A DNA stretch of 64,000 nt, taken from NCBI GenBank assembly GCA_951406725.2, contig OX597827.1, forward strand, positions 6,200,001-6,264,000, given 5' to 3'. The notes beneath the pieces were generated by a model, which was not told the origin of the DNA, searched no databases, and saw nothing but the letters and a program-made list of their open reading frames with translations. Positions 51,692 through 64,000 of this stretch are shown piece by piece (the first letter of the stretch is position 1; each line of letters begins with the position of its first letter). Position numbers and translations under genes: made by a program. The stretch is from Octopus vulgaris. Taxonomy: Eukaryota.

Positions 51692-52302
51692 ACTTTGTCG
51701 TTACCTTTTTTTTAGACGCTGTCAAACTCTCTCCCACTCTCCCTTACACATACTTTTTCTTTAATTTTTTTGTTAGACATTGTGAAACACTCTCTCTCCC
51801 TCACACACACACACACACATACATCAACACACAACTTCTCTCTCTCTCTCTCACATACACTTTCGCTTGGCTATGGATAGAAGGGACATAACTCATGTTA
51901 GCAACCTTCAAAATTGGTAAAAGCTATGGTTGAAAATAGATTTTTACCACTATCTGTGGGTGCCTCAGGAAAAAAATTAAGTTGACAAAACCCAGCTAGG
52001 GTGGTGACGAATGTCCTCCTAAAATTAGAGCGACATGCATGCTAATTTGTGGACGTGCATAAATTACATTCATGTACACACACACACACACACACATCCT
52101 GCCTTTTATAGATACAGTTTTGAAAGAGAAAGGGAGCATACATACATACATACATACATACATACATACATACATGCATACATATAAATAAACAGACAGA
52201 CATGTATGCATGCATACATACATGCATACATATGCACACCCACAGACCATACATTCATACATACATAAATATATACATATATACATACAGATAGACAGAC
52301 AG

Positions 52303-52335
<33 letters not shown>

Positions 52336-53545
52336 CATACATACATACATACATACATACATACATACATACATACATACATACATACATACATGCATGC
52401 ATATGAATGAACGATCTTAACCATATTTTGGGGACAATGTGCAGAATAATTATTTGTAAATGCTTTGCCTGCTCAATACTCTTCTACTACTTTTGAAGAA
52501 CTGAAAATATTTTACTGATTATTAAACATTATAAATGTATGTTTTTCATTATCAATGTGCAATGCTGTTACATTTCACAGCAGTTTTTCTTCAAATAAAT
52601 GGAAAATTTTAAAGACTACTACAATGTTACATTGTTTCTGAATTTTCCAAAATACAAAACTATTAACAAAAGGTTTGTGAGAAAAATATGAATTGTACTA
52701 TATCTCTGGATAATTCTGCATTCTTTGAAGACAATACAGAAAATAAAAGAACTTTTGATGGAGAAATTTAAAAAAATAAAGATATTAAAAGAAGAATAAA
52801 GCTTAATCAGAAAGGTTCACTAAATGGTGAGTAAAGAAAAGACACTTTTAATAAACGTGATGCATGATAGTGAAAGAATTAAAAAATATGGAAACAAACT
52901 AGTTAAAAACAAGCATAAATATAAACAAAATTAAAGAATATGTGGACATAGATCAACTTTTGACTAACTTTGGGAATGCATTAACAGACAAAATAAATGA
53001 AATGCCTTATTTCAAGTAAAGTAAACAACTTCTACATTATCAATGGTTTCATGCAAGAATATAATGATATTCTATTATAATAGAATTGAATTTACTCAAG
53101 TAAAAAAATAAATACAATTTCTGGAATTACTGCTGAGTAGAGTGAATATTAATTTTATTTTTAACTGATTTATATCACAATGTGTTCGCAATGCCATCTT
53201 TAGGTACTGGTTTCCTACAGACAAATCATTGGGTTGCTAGATTTTTAAAGGTAAAAATTACAGGTAATACATATAACATAGTGCAGAATAAATTAATGGA
53301 GGAAACTCTGTATCAAAGAATAATGATTCTTGTTCATGATGATATTTTTTTATTACTGTTTTGTGGTTAAGAATCTTCCTTTGCAACTATATGGTTTTGG
53401 GTTCAGTCCCACTGCATGGCATCATGAGCAAGTGTCTTTTACTATATCCTCCAACCTGATCAATGCCTTGTGAGTGGATTTGATAGATGGAAACTATAAA
53501 GGGAGCCTGTCATTTATGCATGTATGTATATATATATAAACATAC

Positions 53546-53707
53546 ATGGCTGTGGTAAGTAAGTAGCTTGCTTACCAACCACATGGTTCCGGGTTCATTC
53601 CCACTGCATGGCACCTTAGGTAAGTGTCTTCTACTATAACCTCGAGCTGACCAAAGCCTTGTGAGTGGATTTGGTGGACAGAAACTGAAAGAAGCCCATC
53701 GTATATA

Positions 53708-53754
<47 letters not shown>

Positions 53755-53960
53755 TAATGTGTCTGTGTTTGTCCCCCCAACATCGCTTGACAACCGATGC
53801 TGGTGTGTTTACATCCCCATAACTTAGCGGTTCGGCAAAGGAGACTAATAGAATAAGTACTAGGCTTGCAAAGAATAAGTTCTGGGTTCGATTTGCTCGA
53901 CTAAAGGCGGTGCTCCAGCATGGCCACAGTCAAATGACTGAAGCAAGTAAAAGAGTAAAA
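53546..53960 (+). mobile_element. SINE family A (preceded by an older head-half at 53360-53515)
   Basis: Homology to family A. Confidence 0.9.
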
Positions 53961-54629
53961 TAGTTTTCTATTTTGATTAACATGTTCTACAGATTATGAA
54001 GACATGTGCCACGTATTTGTGTACACGTGTGCTTGCTTGCACACACACACGCACACACGGACACACATGAGGTACATAGATGCAAACACATATAATTTCT
54101 TGAGAAATGAACTTGTGAATATTTATTCTAAGCATGAGGTGTCAACACTGATAACCACAAAACATAAAGGCATTAAAACAAAGAGTCAATTTATTGATTG
54201 AGCTTTTGATGTTATATATTGATGAAAATATGCACATAAACAACCATTTAGATATGCACATACATATACACATGCACATACAAGCACATCCATTCACACA
54301 GACATATGCATGAAAGTGCAGGTAATTTTTGACCTTCCTCATATGTATGTGTGTGTGTGTGTGCATATGTATGTATGCATGTTTGTATGTTTGTTTGTAT
54401 GTATGTTTCTATGTATGTATGTTTTTATGTATGTATCTGATGTATATGTACAGACATACCCGTATGTAGTGGTGGTAGTGGTGGTTGTGGTGGTGGTGGT
54501 GGTGGTGGTGGTGGTGGTGGTGGTGATGGATGTGGATGATGGTGGTGGTAGTAGGGGTTGTGGCATTGGAAAGCGGACGTTAAATGCTGATGACGATGAT
54601 GATGATAATGCTACATATATATATATATA

Positions 54630-55057
54630 TAGGTGCAGGAGTGGCTGTGTGGTAAGTAGATTGCTTAACAACCACATGGTTCTGGGTTTATTTCCACTGC
54701 GTGGCACCTTGGGCAAGTGTCTTTCTTCTATAGCCTCAGGCCGACCAAAGCCTTGTGAGTGGATTTGGTAGACGGAAGCTGAAAGAAGCACGTTATATAT
54801 ATATGTATATATATATGTATGTATGTGTGTGTATATGTTTTTGTATCTATGTTTGTCCCCCACCAACATTGCTTGACAACTGATGGTGGTGTGTTTACAT
54901 CATCCCTGTAACTTAGCGGTTCAGCAAAAAAAAAACCCAATAGAATAAGTACTAGGCTTCCAAAGAATAAGTCCTGGGGTCGATTTGCTCAACTAAAGCC
55001 GGTGCTCCAGCATGACCACAGTCAAATAACTGAAACAAGTAAAAGAGTAAAAGAGTA
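54630..55057 (+). mobile_element. SINE family A, full length
   Basis: Homology to family A. Confidence 0.9.
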
Positions 55058-55062
55058 TATAT

Positions 55063-55127
<65 letters not shown>

Positions 55128-55479
55128 TATATATGTGCATGTGTATGTGTGTGTATATATGTATATATATATACGGTTTAAGTAATTGAGATTCAAGTGA
55201 ATTCTAATGAATTCACATGAATATGTCCTTAACTAGGATGCACCGGAAATCTATATGGTGTTAACCATACGACAAGTGGGGTGATTACAAATAGGAAAAA
55301 AGCAACAAGAATGGATTAAAATCTTGGTAATTGTTTCGTCGAGGACATCTTTAATAAGCTACAAAAAATGCAGTAAATACAGATGGCTCGTACTCGTCAG
55401 CGAAAAACATCAGAGAATTCCCAAACATCAAAGGGGTAGATACAAATGAGGGTGTAAGATTAACTGCATTGAAGAAAGT

Positions 55480-55790
55480 TCGATTCCTGGAGATCCGATG
55501 AAAGGTCTTGAACTTACAGAATTTGTGCATGTCCATATATAGCTCATAGTGAATAATCAAGTTATATGGATAGTCATGCGAAATTTCTGAAAACAGTAAA
55601 CAAAGTGACTGTCATATAGAGGAACAGATTGTTATTGAAATTTACAAGAATCACAGATAAGTTTGATTCCTGGAGATCCGATAAAATGTCTTGAACTTAC
55701 AGAATATGTATGTCCATATAGTTCATAGTGAATTATTAATCAAGTTATGTGAAGAAATTTTGGGTACAATCATGCGAAAATATCAGGGAA
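55480..55790 (+). repeat. Imperfect ~110-bp direct repeat
   Basis: GATTCCTGGAGATCCGAT..GTCTTGAACTTACAGAAT..CATAGTGAAT..ATCAAGTTAT..TCATGCGAAA at about 55482 and 55665. Confidence 0.85.
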
Positions 55791-55830
55791 TCCGAATGAG
55801 AAGCAAAATGACATACATATATACACATAC

Positions 55831-55897
<67 letters not shown>

Positions 55898-56687
55898 TAT
55901 ACATATATTTTCATATATATGTGTGGGTATATAATTATATATATGTGTGTGTGTGTATTTTTGAATGTATGTCTCTCACGCATACACATGCACTCACATA
56001 CACACACACATGCTGAAAAATATGCATTTCTCAGGGTGCTTTAGTATAAACACTGTCTATATTTTTCCTTTTTATGTATGAACATTTTATTTCAGAATTT
56101 ATATAAATAATTGTATTTACTTATCTGTTTTCGAAACATGATGGAATGTATGTCTTTTTGATAAAAATTGATGATAAGAAATAAAGTACAACAACAACAA
56201 TAACATCAAAATCATTATCAACATTATTAAGAAAATTGCCATTCTAATGTCAGATACCAATTTAGAGTGCTTTTGTTGCAGTTTTTATCAAGTTTTATAA
56301 ACGATCAATTGATAGATAACAAAGAAAAAAAAAACAGAAAAAAGAAAGCAGCAAAAAATTAAAGATAAATAATAGAATAAAAATATAAGGAATTTATCTT
56401 TTATCAGCAATTTTCTTAAACCTGACTGGTATAAGTTTAAACTCGAGTTTTTAATTGTTTTTACTTATATTAAAAATTACTGGTTTGTGTCAGGAAAAAT
56501 ATGTTAAAAAAGCGATGTACTCAATGTCATATTTAAAAAGATTTGTAATTAGTGGAAATTATTTTCAGTTTTGTTGTAGAAGGAAAATGCAATCCTAGCA
56601 TTACTTGTTGGTGACCAACTTACATTGGGATCACTTTAGTGTGTAGTCTACTTTGATATTTACACCTCAGTGTGCAATCTAATCATG

Positions 56688-56874
56688 ACCCTAAACCCTA
56701 GCCCTAAACCCTAACCTACCCCTAACCCTAAACCCAAGCCCTAAACCCTAATTCTGACTCTAAACCCTAACCTACCCCTAACCCTAAACCCAAGCCCTAA
56801 CCCTAATTCTAACCTTAATTCTAACCTGGCCCTAACCCTAAACCCTAACCTAATCCTAGCCCTAATCCTAACCT
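56688..56874. repeat. Interstitial degenerate telomere-like (CCCTAA/CCCTAAA)n array
   Basis: Direct inspection. It includes a duplicated higher-order unit CTAAACCCTAACCTACCCCTAACCCTAAACCCAAGCCCTAA. Confidence 0.9.
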
Positions 56875-57068
56875 CATCATCATCATCATCATCATTGTTT
56901 AGCGTCCGCTTTCCATGCTGGCATGGGTTGGACGGTGCAACTGGGGTCTGGGAAGCCAGAAGGCTGCACCAGGCCCAGTCTGATCTGGCAATGTTTCTAC
57001 AGCTGGATGCCCTGCCTAACGCCAACCACTCCATGAGTGTAGTGGGTGCTTTTTACGTGCCACCGGCA
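56875..57068 (-). mobile_element. SINE-like family C
   Basis: Homology to 45363-45545. Confidence 0.88.
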
Positions 57069-57421
57069 GGTAATTTCAGAGGTCTAAGTGGTTGCAGCTG
57101 TGTAAACTTTGGCATATACACTTAAATGCCGAAAAGTGGTGCTATGTTGGGGAACAAATTGATTCTACTATCCTAGAACATGAACAGTCCCTCTGGGCTT
57201 CCATACATTTTCAGTTACCCACTTTCATTTGCAAAGTTATGTAAAACGATATTTTCTTAGAATATACTCAGGTGTGATTAGACCTGAATGTATGCAGTTT
57301 ACAAAACATATGTCTCAACCACACAGCCATTCCAATACCCAATACTATGCCAGCTCTTTAATCTCTATTAACACGTATTTTGTTTTCAACATGTATCTAG
57401 TGACAATGGTGATTATTATTA

Positions 57422-57497
<76 letters not shown>

Positions 57498-57601
57498 CAT
57501 TATTATTCAGTGAGAGAGCAGTGCAAGCCATCAAAGTGACATTGGGATAAAATATATGAAGCCCAGTATACCCATCATGACTACCTGTCTGATAAGGGTA
57601 C

Positions 57602-57686
<85 letters not shown>

Positions 57687-57705
57687 CTCTTTAATGAAAG
57701 CTAAC

Positions 57706-57813
57706 CTCTGCTGTGTTTCTCATAAATACTTCATTGTTGTCGTAATATCGAAACAATTTACTTTTGAACGCCATAACGAACACATCTCCCAACCAAATAA
57801 AACCTTTGGAAAC
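57706..57813 (-). CDS. Candidate internal coding exon (108 nt, phase 0/0): VSKGFIWLGDVFVMAFKSKLFRYYDNNEVFMRNTAE
   Basis: Acceptor TTCATTTTATTTGTGTTTTAG, donor GAG|GTTAGC, one open frame, length divisible by 3, CpG-retaining non-repetitive sequence. Protein identity not recognised. Confidence 0.4.
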
Positions 57814-58361
57814 CTAAAACACAAATAAAATGAACATAAAAAGATTAACCAATCTAAATTAGGTGCCCAGTCCTTCCTCTTACATTTGGTTTAAAGAGCT
57901 TCATAGATCCATCGGTCACTTCTTTTATGGTTCATTATTTTCAAATATAATGTTTTATATACCAATAAATGCAGGAAATATTTTCCCCTTTAAATATCTA
58001 CAGATACACAATAAATGATGAAGGACTGCTAAATTACGAGAAATAGAATCTTGAAATAGAAACCTTTGTACCGCCTTTGTTATTCCTCACACTAATTTTT
58101 ATACATTTGGTTGGATAGCTGTTAATTTTGGCTGCAACACCATCGTTGCTTTTACTACATGAGGTATTGTTTGAAGTATATAAATAAAAATACTGTAGAA
58201 ATTCCCTTAAAAATAAGGAGTCTTTTTTTTTTTTTACCAAAAGAAGGCTTTCTCTGTATTCCCCAAGTTTGCCACGAATAACTGAATTGTTAAATGACAC
58301 AAACACAGGGTAACTATCACTAACCTTTAGGGATGATCGTACTTCAAATACAAAGGGTTTA

Positions 58362-58730
58362 TCGTCATCATAATCATCATCATAATCATCATCATTGTCA
58401 TCATCATCATTGTCATTGCCAATGTCATTTTTATCATTGTTGCTATTGACATTCTCTTCATCATCATCCTTATTATTGTCATCATCATCATCGTCACTAC
58501 CATCATGATATCACCATCATCTCCATCATAATCATCATCATAATCGTCATTGTCATCATCATCATCATCATCATCGTCACTACCATCATGATATCACCAT
58601 CACCTTCATCATAATCATCATCATCACTACCATCATGATATCACCATCACCTCCATCATAATCGTCATCATAATCGTTATCGTCTTCATCATCACCATAT
58701 TCTCCAGAACCATCACCATCATCACCACCA
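58362..58730. repeat. (CAT)n low-complexity tract with triplicated CACTACCATCATGATATCACCATCA unit
   Basis: The unit is seen at about 58494, 58578 and 58625. Confidence 0.85.
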
Positions 58731-59583
58731 TTATATTTATCCCCCACTGCATGCATTGAGGCACAATTGGCAAACCTCCCCCACCACAACCACCACTTCA
58801 TACATACAGTATCTTAAAGAGACTCTAAAATGTTTGCTTGACCTGCTAGGAAGAACAACCAAATCTCCCTCCTCCAAACATATCCTATATATGCTAAAAC
58901 AAACAGAGGAATTTACACATTACCTGATACACACTTTCATATATGACTTGAAATATCAGTGGGACGGTCATGGTTGGAATGTTTTTGGCCAAAGGTTTCC
59001 TCCAACAACAATACAACACATACACATTCAAACACCTCTGTGTATAATTTCACTTTACAGTATGCAACCAAGTACTTAAATCATGTAACAGTTGAAGGAG
59101 GGTAGGCTTCTATATGTTCTCATAAAATCTGCTTGTGATAGCAACCAAATAGCCCTCAAATTACACCTTACCATCTTTAAGAAGTAAAGACATAATGGAG
59201 AGTGTAGTTTAAGATAAGCTATGTCTATTCTATCTAGAAAGGAATACAAAATTAGACTGGTTATGACTGGAACACTTATGAACACAGACCTGCCTGATCA
59301 GGTCTGACCTAGGGCTAAAGGAAAGCAAAAAAAAAATTCAACAACAAAGTATTTTATGCTTTGCCATAACTCCTCCTCATTATTGCCTGTTCTCCATATA
59401 AAAGTGTTAAAATTGTTGTTGTTGTTGTTGTTGTTGTTGTCATAGTCGTCATCATCATCATTGTCATCCCCTCCCTCTCTCCTCCTTCCCCACCTTCTCC
59501 CCTTCTTCTCTGCTTCCTCATCATCACCATCATCATTGTCAGCATTTTTATCACACATCAATGGCACAGAAAGAATGTGTTTA

Positions 59584-59818
59584 CAGTAAATCCCTCGCCA
59601 TATCACGGTTCACTTGTCGCAGTTCACCTATCACAGTTTGTTATTTAAGCTTACGTCCATTCCCCTGTGGTGCTGTTTTGCATTTATAATAAAATAAATA
59701 TATATACAACTTATAAAAAAAAATCAAAAAAATATACAGTACTGTTTCTGCTTCACGGATTTTCACCTATCACTGGGGTTTTTTAAATGTTACACCCACG
59801 ATAGTCGAGGGATTGTTG
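59584..59818. mobile_element. Tigger/pogo-type MITE
   Basis: Imperfect TIRs CAGTAAATCCCTCGCCATATCACGG / CCACGATAGTCGAGGGATTGTTG, flanked by TA. Confidence 0.75.
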
Positions 59819-60055
59819 TATATTATTACTATACCTACAGTGAGATTTTCTAATAATTAATTTAATCTAATTTTTTCTGATGTGTTGTGCATAACATACA
59901 TACATACAGAGATACACACATACCCACATACAAACAAACATCCATACATACAAGCATGCATGAGCATACATATACACATACATACATACATACATACACA
60001 CCAACCCACATACATACAAACATTCATACATACATACATACGTACATACATACAT

Positions 60056-60545
60056 GATGGCTGCCCCCTCGAAGCTTAATCAATGTTGTTATCATGCAAT
60101 GCCTGTGCAAGAAGATATTTTTTTAAGTGAGGAAAGGCTGTGCACTGAGTCAATCCCACTCACTAATCAACATCAGCCATAATCCGAATAGAAGAACAAG
60201 TCAACATCATTGGTAACCACTGAGCTGCAGGTTTTATATCGGAGTTATCCCAGTTACCTGAGTTGCCTTCTCTTAGAAGGATGCCCTAACACAGGCTAGG
60301 AGTCCTTCACTTCCAATGGTTTAACTGCGCGATCGGGTATTCCAATCCGATTATTTCTATGTCCCCGCGCATGATACAGCCTTAAGACATTTATTGGATG
60401 GCCGTTGACTCTCAAGAGTTCCTCTGCCCTTTGACAGGTTTTGTTTTTCATCCCGCAGGGTGACCAATAAACACCCTCCTCACCAAGCGAGCTTGGTAGG
60501 GTTGCGAGTTTAGTCGCCGACGACCCAACCATACAACAGGTAGAT
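60056..60545 (-). mobile_element. Short non-autonomous RTE-5'UTR-like element inserted in (TACA)n
   Basis: Minus strand has GAAGGACTCCTAGCCTGTGTTAGGGCATCCTTCTAAGAGAAGGCAACTC, resembling RTE 5'UTR motifs. (CATA)n on both flanks. No recognisable coding remnant. Confidence 0.5.
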
Positions 60546-60687
60546 ATACATACATACATACATACATACATACATACATACATACATACATACATACATG
60601 CATGCATGCATACATTCAAGACGATGCTATAGCATGGTTGCAGTCAAATGACTGAAACAAGTAAATGAAGAAATGAATACATATGTA

Positions 60688-61072
60688 CAGCGGATGTTAA
60701 CATAAAGCTAAAGATCAGCAAAAAAGAAAACACCTTTTCTGAACTACAGAGAAATCTACAGTTACTCTATCCAGATTATGACTTCAGATTTACACCAGCA
60801 ATTATTGGGGCACTGCGCGGTGTTTAACATGCTTCCTAAGTACCGAGCTTCAGAAATTAGGCTTTTCAAAATCAGAAAGGAGAAAACTTATTTGAGGACT
60901 ACAGATCAAAGCCATCACAGGAACTGTAAAAATCTGTGAAATTTTCCAGAAGTTCATTCAAGTGTATATGCGCATGTTGAAATTCTAATGAAGAAATCTT
61001 GGATCTAGGCTAGAAACTGGCACTTTCTCAATTGACAAGAAATCTCGAAATAAAACTGACTAATGACATACA
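60688..61072 (+). mobile_element. 3' end of an REL-endonuclease non-LTR retrotransposon
   Basis: ADVNIKLKISKKENTFSELQRNLQLLYPDYDFRFTPAIIGAL...LGFSKSERRKLI*GLQIKAITGTVKIC. 3'UTR with AATAAA followed by CATACATA. Confidence 0.8.
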
Positions 61073-61128
61073 TAAATATGCACATACACACACATACATA
61101 CATGTGTGTGTGTGAGTATATGTATCTG

Positions 61129-61174
<46 letters not shown>

Positions 61175-61216
61175 AATCTATCTACATATATATATTATAT
61201 ATATATATTATATATA

Positions 61217-61615
61217 TGCAGGAGTGGCTGTGTGGTAAGTAGCTTGCTAACCAACCACATGGTTCCGGGTTCAGTCCCACTGCGTGGCACCTTGGGCAAG
61301 TGTCTTCTGCTATAGCCCCGGGCTGACCAAAGCCTTGTGAGTGGATTTGGTAGACGGAAACTGAAAGAAGCCTGTCGTATATAGGTATATATATATATAT
61401 GTATGTGTGTGTTTGTCCCCCCCAACATCGCTTGACAACCGATGCTGGTGTGTTTACGTCCCCGTAACTTAAGCGGCTCGGCAAAAGAGACCGATAGAAT
61501 AAGTACTAGGCTTACAAAGAATAAGTCCCGGGGTCGATTTGCTCAACTAAAGGCGGTGCTCCAGCATGGCCACAGTCAAATGCCTGAAACAAGTAAAAGA
61601 GTAAAAGAGTAAAAG
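61217..61615 (+). mobile_element. SINE family A, full length young copy
   Basis: Homology to family A. Confidence 0.92.
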
Positions 61616-61833
61616 AATATATGTGTGTGTGTATATATATGAAGATTGACTATAATTTTAATTTGAATTTATTTCAATTGAATTTAAACTTAATTGTAAT
61701 TCGAATTTAATTGTAGCCATGAAACGTACGTAATGTTTTTACTTATTATATTATATATTTATCATTCATTTTATACTTTTTGAGATCTAGTTATATAAGT
61801 TATATTATAAAAAAAATCAATAAAAAATCTCTA

Positions 61834-61864
<31 letters not shown>

Positions 61865-61925
61865 TATTTGTTATTTATGTATTGGTTTATGTCTATCACT
61901 GTTTGAGTTGCATAATCTGTGTGTT

Positions 61926-61971
<46 letters not shown>

Positions 61972-62629
61972 GGTGTATATTTGCCTGTGATTATGTTTAC
62001 TGATGCAAACCAGCTTGTAGAGATGCATTGTTTTTAGTCAGTTATTCTTCGTAATAATCATCATTCTTATAATTGTTTTGATTTCCACTTTTCCTCACCT
62101 GTGAAAACTGAATTTGTTGAGGAAAGTTACTTTTATAGTTAGATGTCCTTCTTGTCACCAACATTCACTTGTTTCCAAGCAAGATAATATCCCCTGTAGC
62201 TGGACATGTATTGGGGAAAAACGGGGAACAAATGACAAAACTTCTAAGACAGTGATTCTTGCTTACAACTATCAAGACTATCTGATTCAAACACACACAC
62301 ACACACATGTACATATATATATATATATATATATACAACAGGCTTCTTTAAGATTCTGTCTACAAAATCCACTCACAAGCTTTTGGTCAGCCTGAGGTCA
62401 TAGTAGAAGTCATTTGCCCAAAGTGCTGTGCTGCAAGACTAAAACTGAAATCAGGTGATTGGGAAGGGAATTTCTTCATCACTCAGCTATGTCTGTGCCT
62501 TCATGTATACTAGTAATTTAGCCATGCTTGTCCCTTGGGCATGTTTGTACCTTGGGCATGTTTGTACCTTAGCTATCCCTGCATCTTCAATAAATAAAAA
62601 TTGATAAGATAAATTTATGCTTATGAATT

Positions 62630-63005
62630 CATGTTGCAAGATTCCTGATGCTGTGTATTGTAACAGATGTTGTTGTATTTCAGGATGGTCATATATATAT
62701 TTTTTTGCCAAATAAACACACACTGTATATTCGTTCTTCACTCATCTATTACTGTTCTTGTTCGTTGCACATCTGTGACCTCTTCAGTGACACTTTCCAT
62801 CTTCATGTGTGCTCCTGTTCTGTTTAGTCCAGATACTTTCCATCCTCGTGTGTGTGTGCTCATGTTCCTCTGAAGAGGTCACAAATGTGGGACAAAAGAT
62901 TTCCAGACAATGGACATGAGTTAAAATAAGAACAGTAAGAAATGAGCGAAGAGCGAATATATAGCACGTGTGTTTATTTAGCAAAAAAGAAAAAAAAATG
63001 ATCAA
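62630..63005. mobile_element. Second copy of fold-back family P3, internally rearranged
   Basis: Left arm homologous to 23229-23470 with deletions. The internal segment CTTTCCATC..GTGTGCTC is duplicated, then the sequence switches to the opposite arm at CTGAAGAGGTCAC (62870). Confidence 0.75.
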
Positions 63006-64000
63006 ATAGCAGTGCCCCAGCATGGCCACTGCTCGTGAGCTGAAACTAGAAAAAATTTTTTAAATCCCAATAAGATAAATACCTGACTGAAATAAGTAGT
63101 AGGGTTGATACAACTGACTAAAAATCTTTGAAAGTAGTGCTCCAGCATTGCCAGGCCAATGACTGGAACCAGACAAAGAATGGGAAAAAATTAACCATCA
63201 GATGAAGAACAGATTCTTAAAATGTTGCTATAGTATAAGTAAAATTAATAGCACATCCATGGCAAGATCAAATCATGACAGGATTTTTAACCAGGGAAAA
63301 ACAGAAGTTAAAAGAATTGTTTTGTTTACTTAAATTCCATTTTCTTTTTGTCTTTATCAGAAACAGAGAATATTCAAATAATGGCGAGCCATCATACAAA
63401 ATTTGTTGCAAACTAAACCAAACTAAATATGTATAAAAAAAATACTTTATGTAAAAATAACAAATAAAAAAAACCAACTAAATATTTATTAATATTCTAT
63501 AGAAGTCTCCAAGTTCTATTTAGATTTTGAATAAATTACACTTTTTCAACAAAATAAAGAAGAAATTTTCTTTTTATATGCAAATAATAATCATTTCTTG
63601 CTGTGTTTTAATTCTGTGAAAACAAATTTTAATAAAAGAATATTTGTAACTTGCCAATGTTATTAACACAACTCTGAGAATAGTACTTCCACTTTGGATA
63701 AAAAAAAGTTTCATCTTTTTATCTCAAGATTATGGAAATCAATAGCAAGAATATATAGTAAAGTCAAACTAGAAAGCATAATTAATAATGTAGATAAAGA
63801 ATTCTATATAATTCTTCAGATTATCTATATATAAAAACGTTAGTCTTAAATTACCAGTGTTAGAATTACAGAGGATTTAGATCAAAAAGACGTCAATAAT
63901 AAAGTATATTTTCAGATTTCAGTATTTCAGAATTTCTAACTTTTAAAATTAAAGCTAACACTTTTATGACTACATACAAGAACATCAATAACAGAGCTTC

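Noticed and set aside
53175-53214. Possible minus-strand terminal exon (R)KPVPKDGIANTL*; similar case (R)CCLHDEEEWL* at 44901-44934
   Set aside because: Short acceptor-plus-ORF patterns occur by chance in AT-rich DNA, and there is no homology or transcript support.
56741-57034. ORF with RVRVRLG repeats
   Set aside because: Translation of SINE C plus the TTAGGG-like array.

Overview
AT-rich, microsatellite-dense eukaryotic non-coding DNA (intron or intergenic). From my recollection of the SINE repertoire it is most likely an octopus genome; this is an inference, not a database result. No intact host gene is visible, and nearly all listed ORFs are microsatellite or SINE read-throughs. Only one plausible internal exon (57706-57813, minus) and one possible 6-nt microexon were seen. 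The window is a patchwork of mobile elements. These include at least four modular SINE families, a near full-length decayed CR1-type LINE, fragments of L1/Tx1, RTE and REL-endonuclease (R4/Dong-like) LINEs, a scrambled Penelope-like RT, a DD37D/maT-like transposase remnant, mariner and Tigger-type MITEs, a Helentron-type element and a telomere-like array. The most notable signal is four distinct short repeat families that each fold as a minimal type-I hammerhead ribozyme. Three of them carry a non-canonical CCGA core, and two form long fold-back palindromes, consistent with Penelope-like pseudo-LTRs or retrozyme-like elements. A SINE/LINE shared 3' tail pair is also visible within the window.
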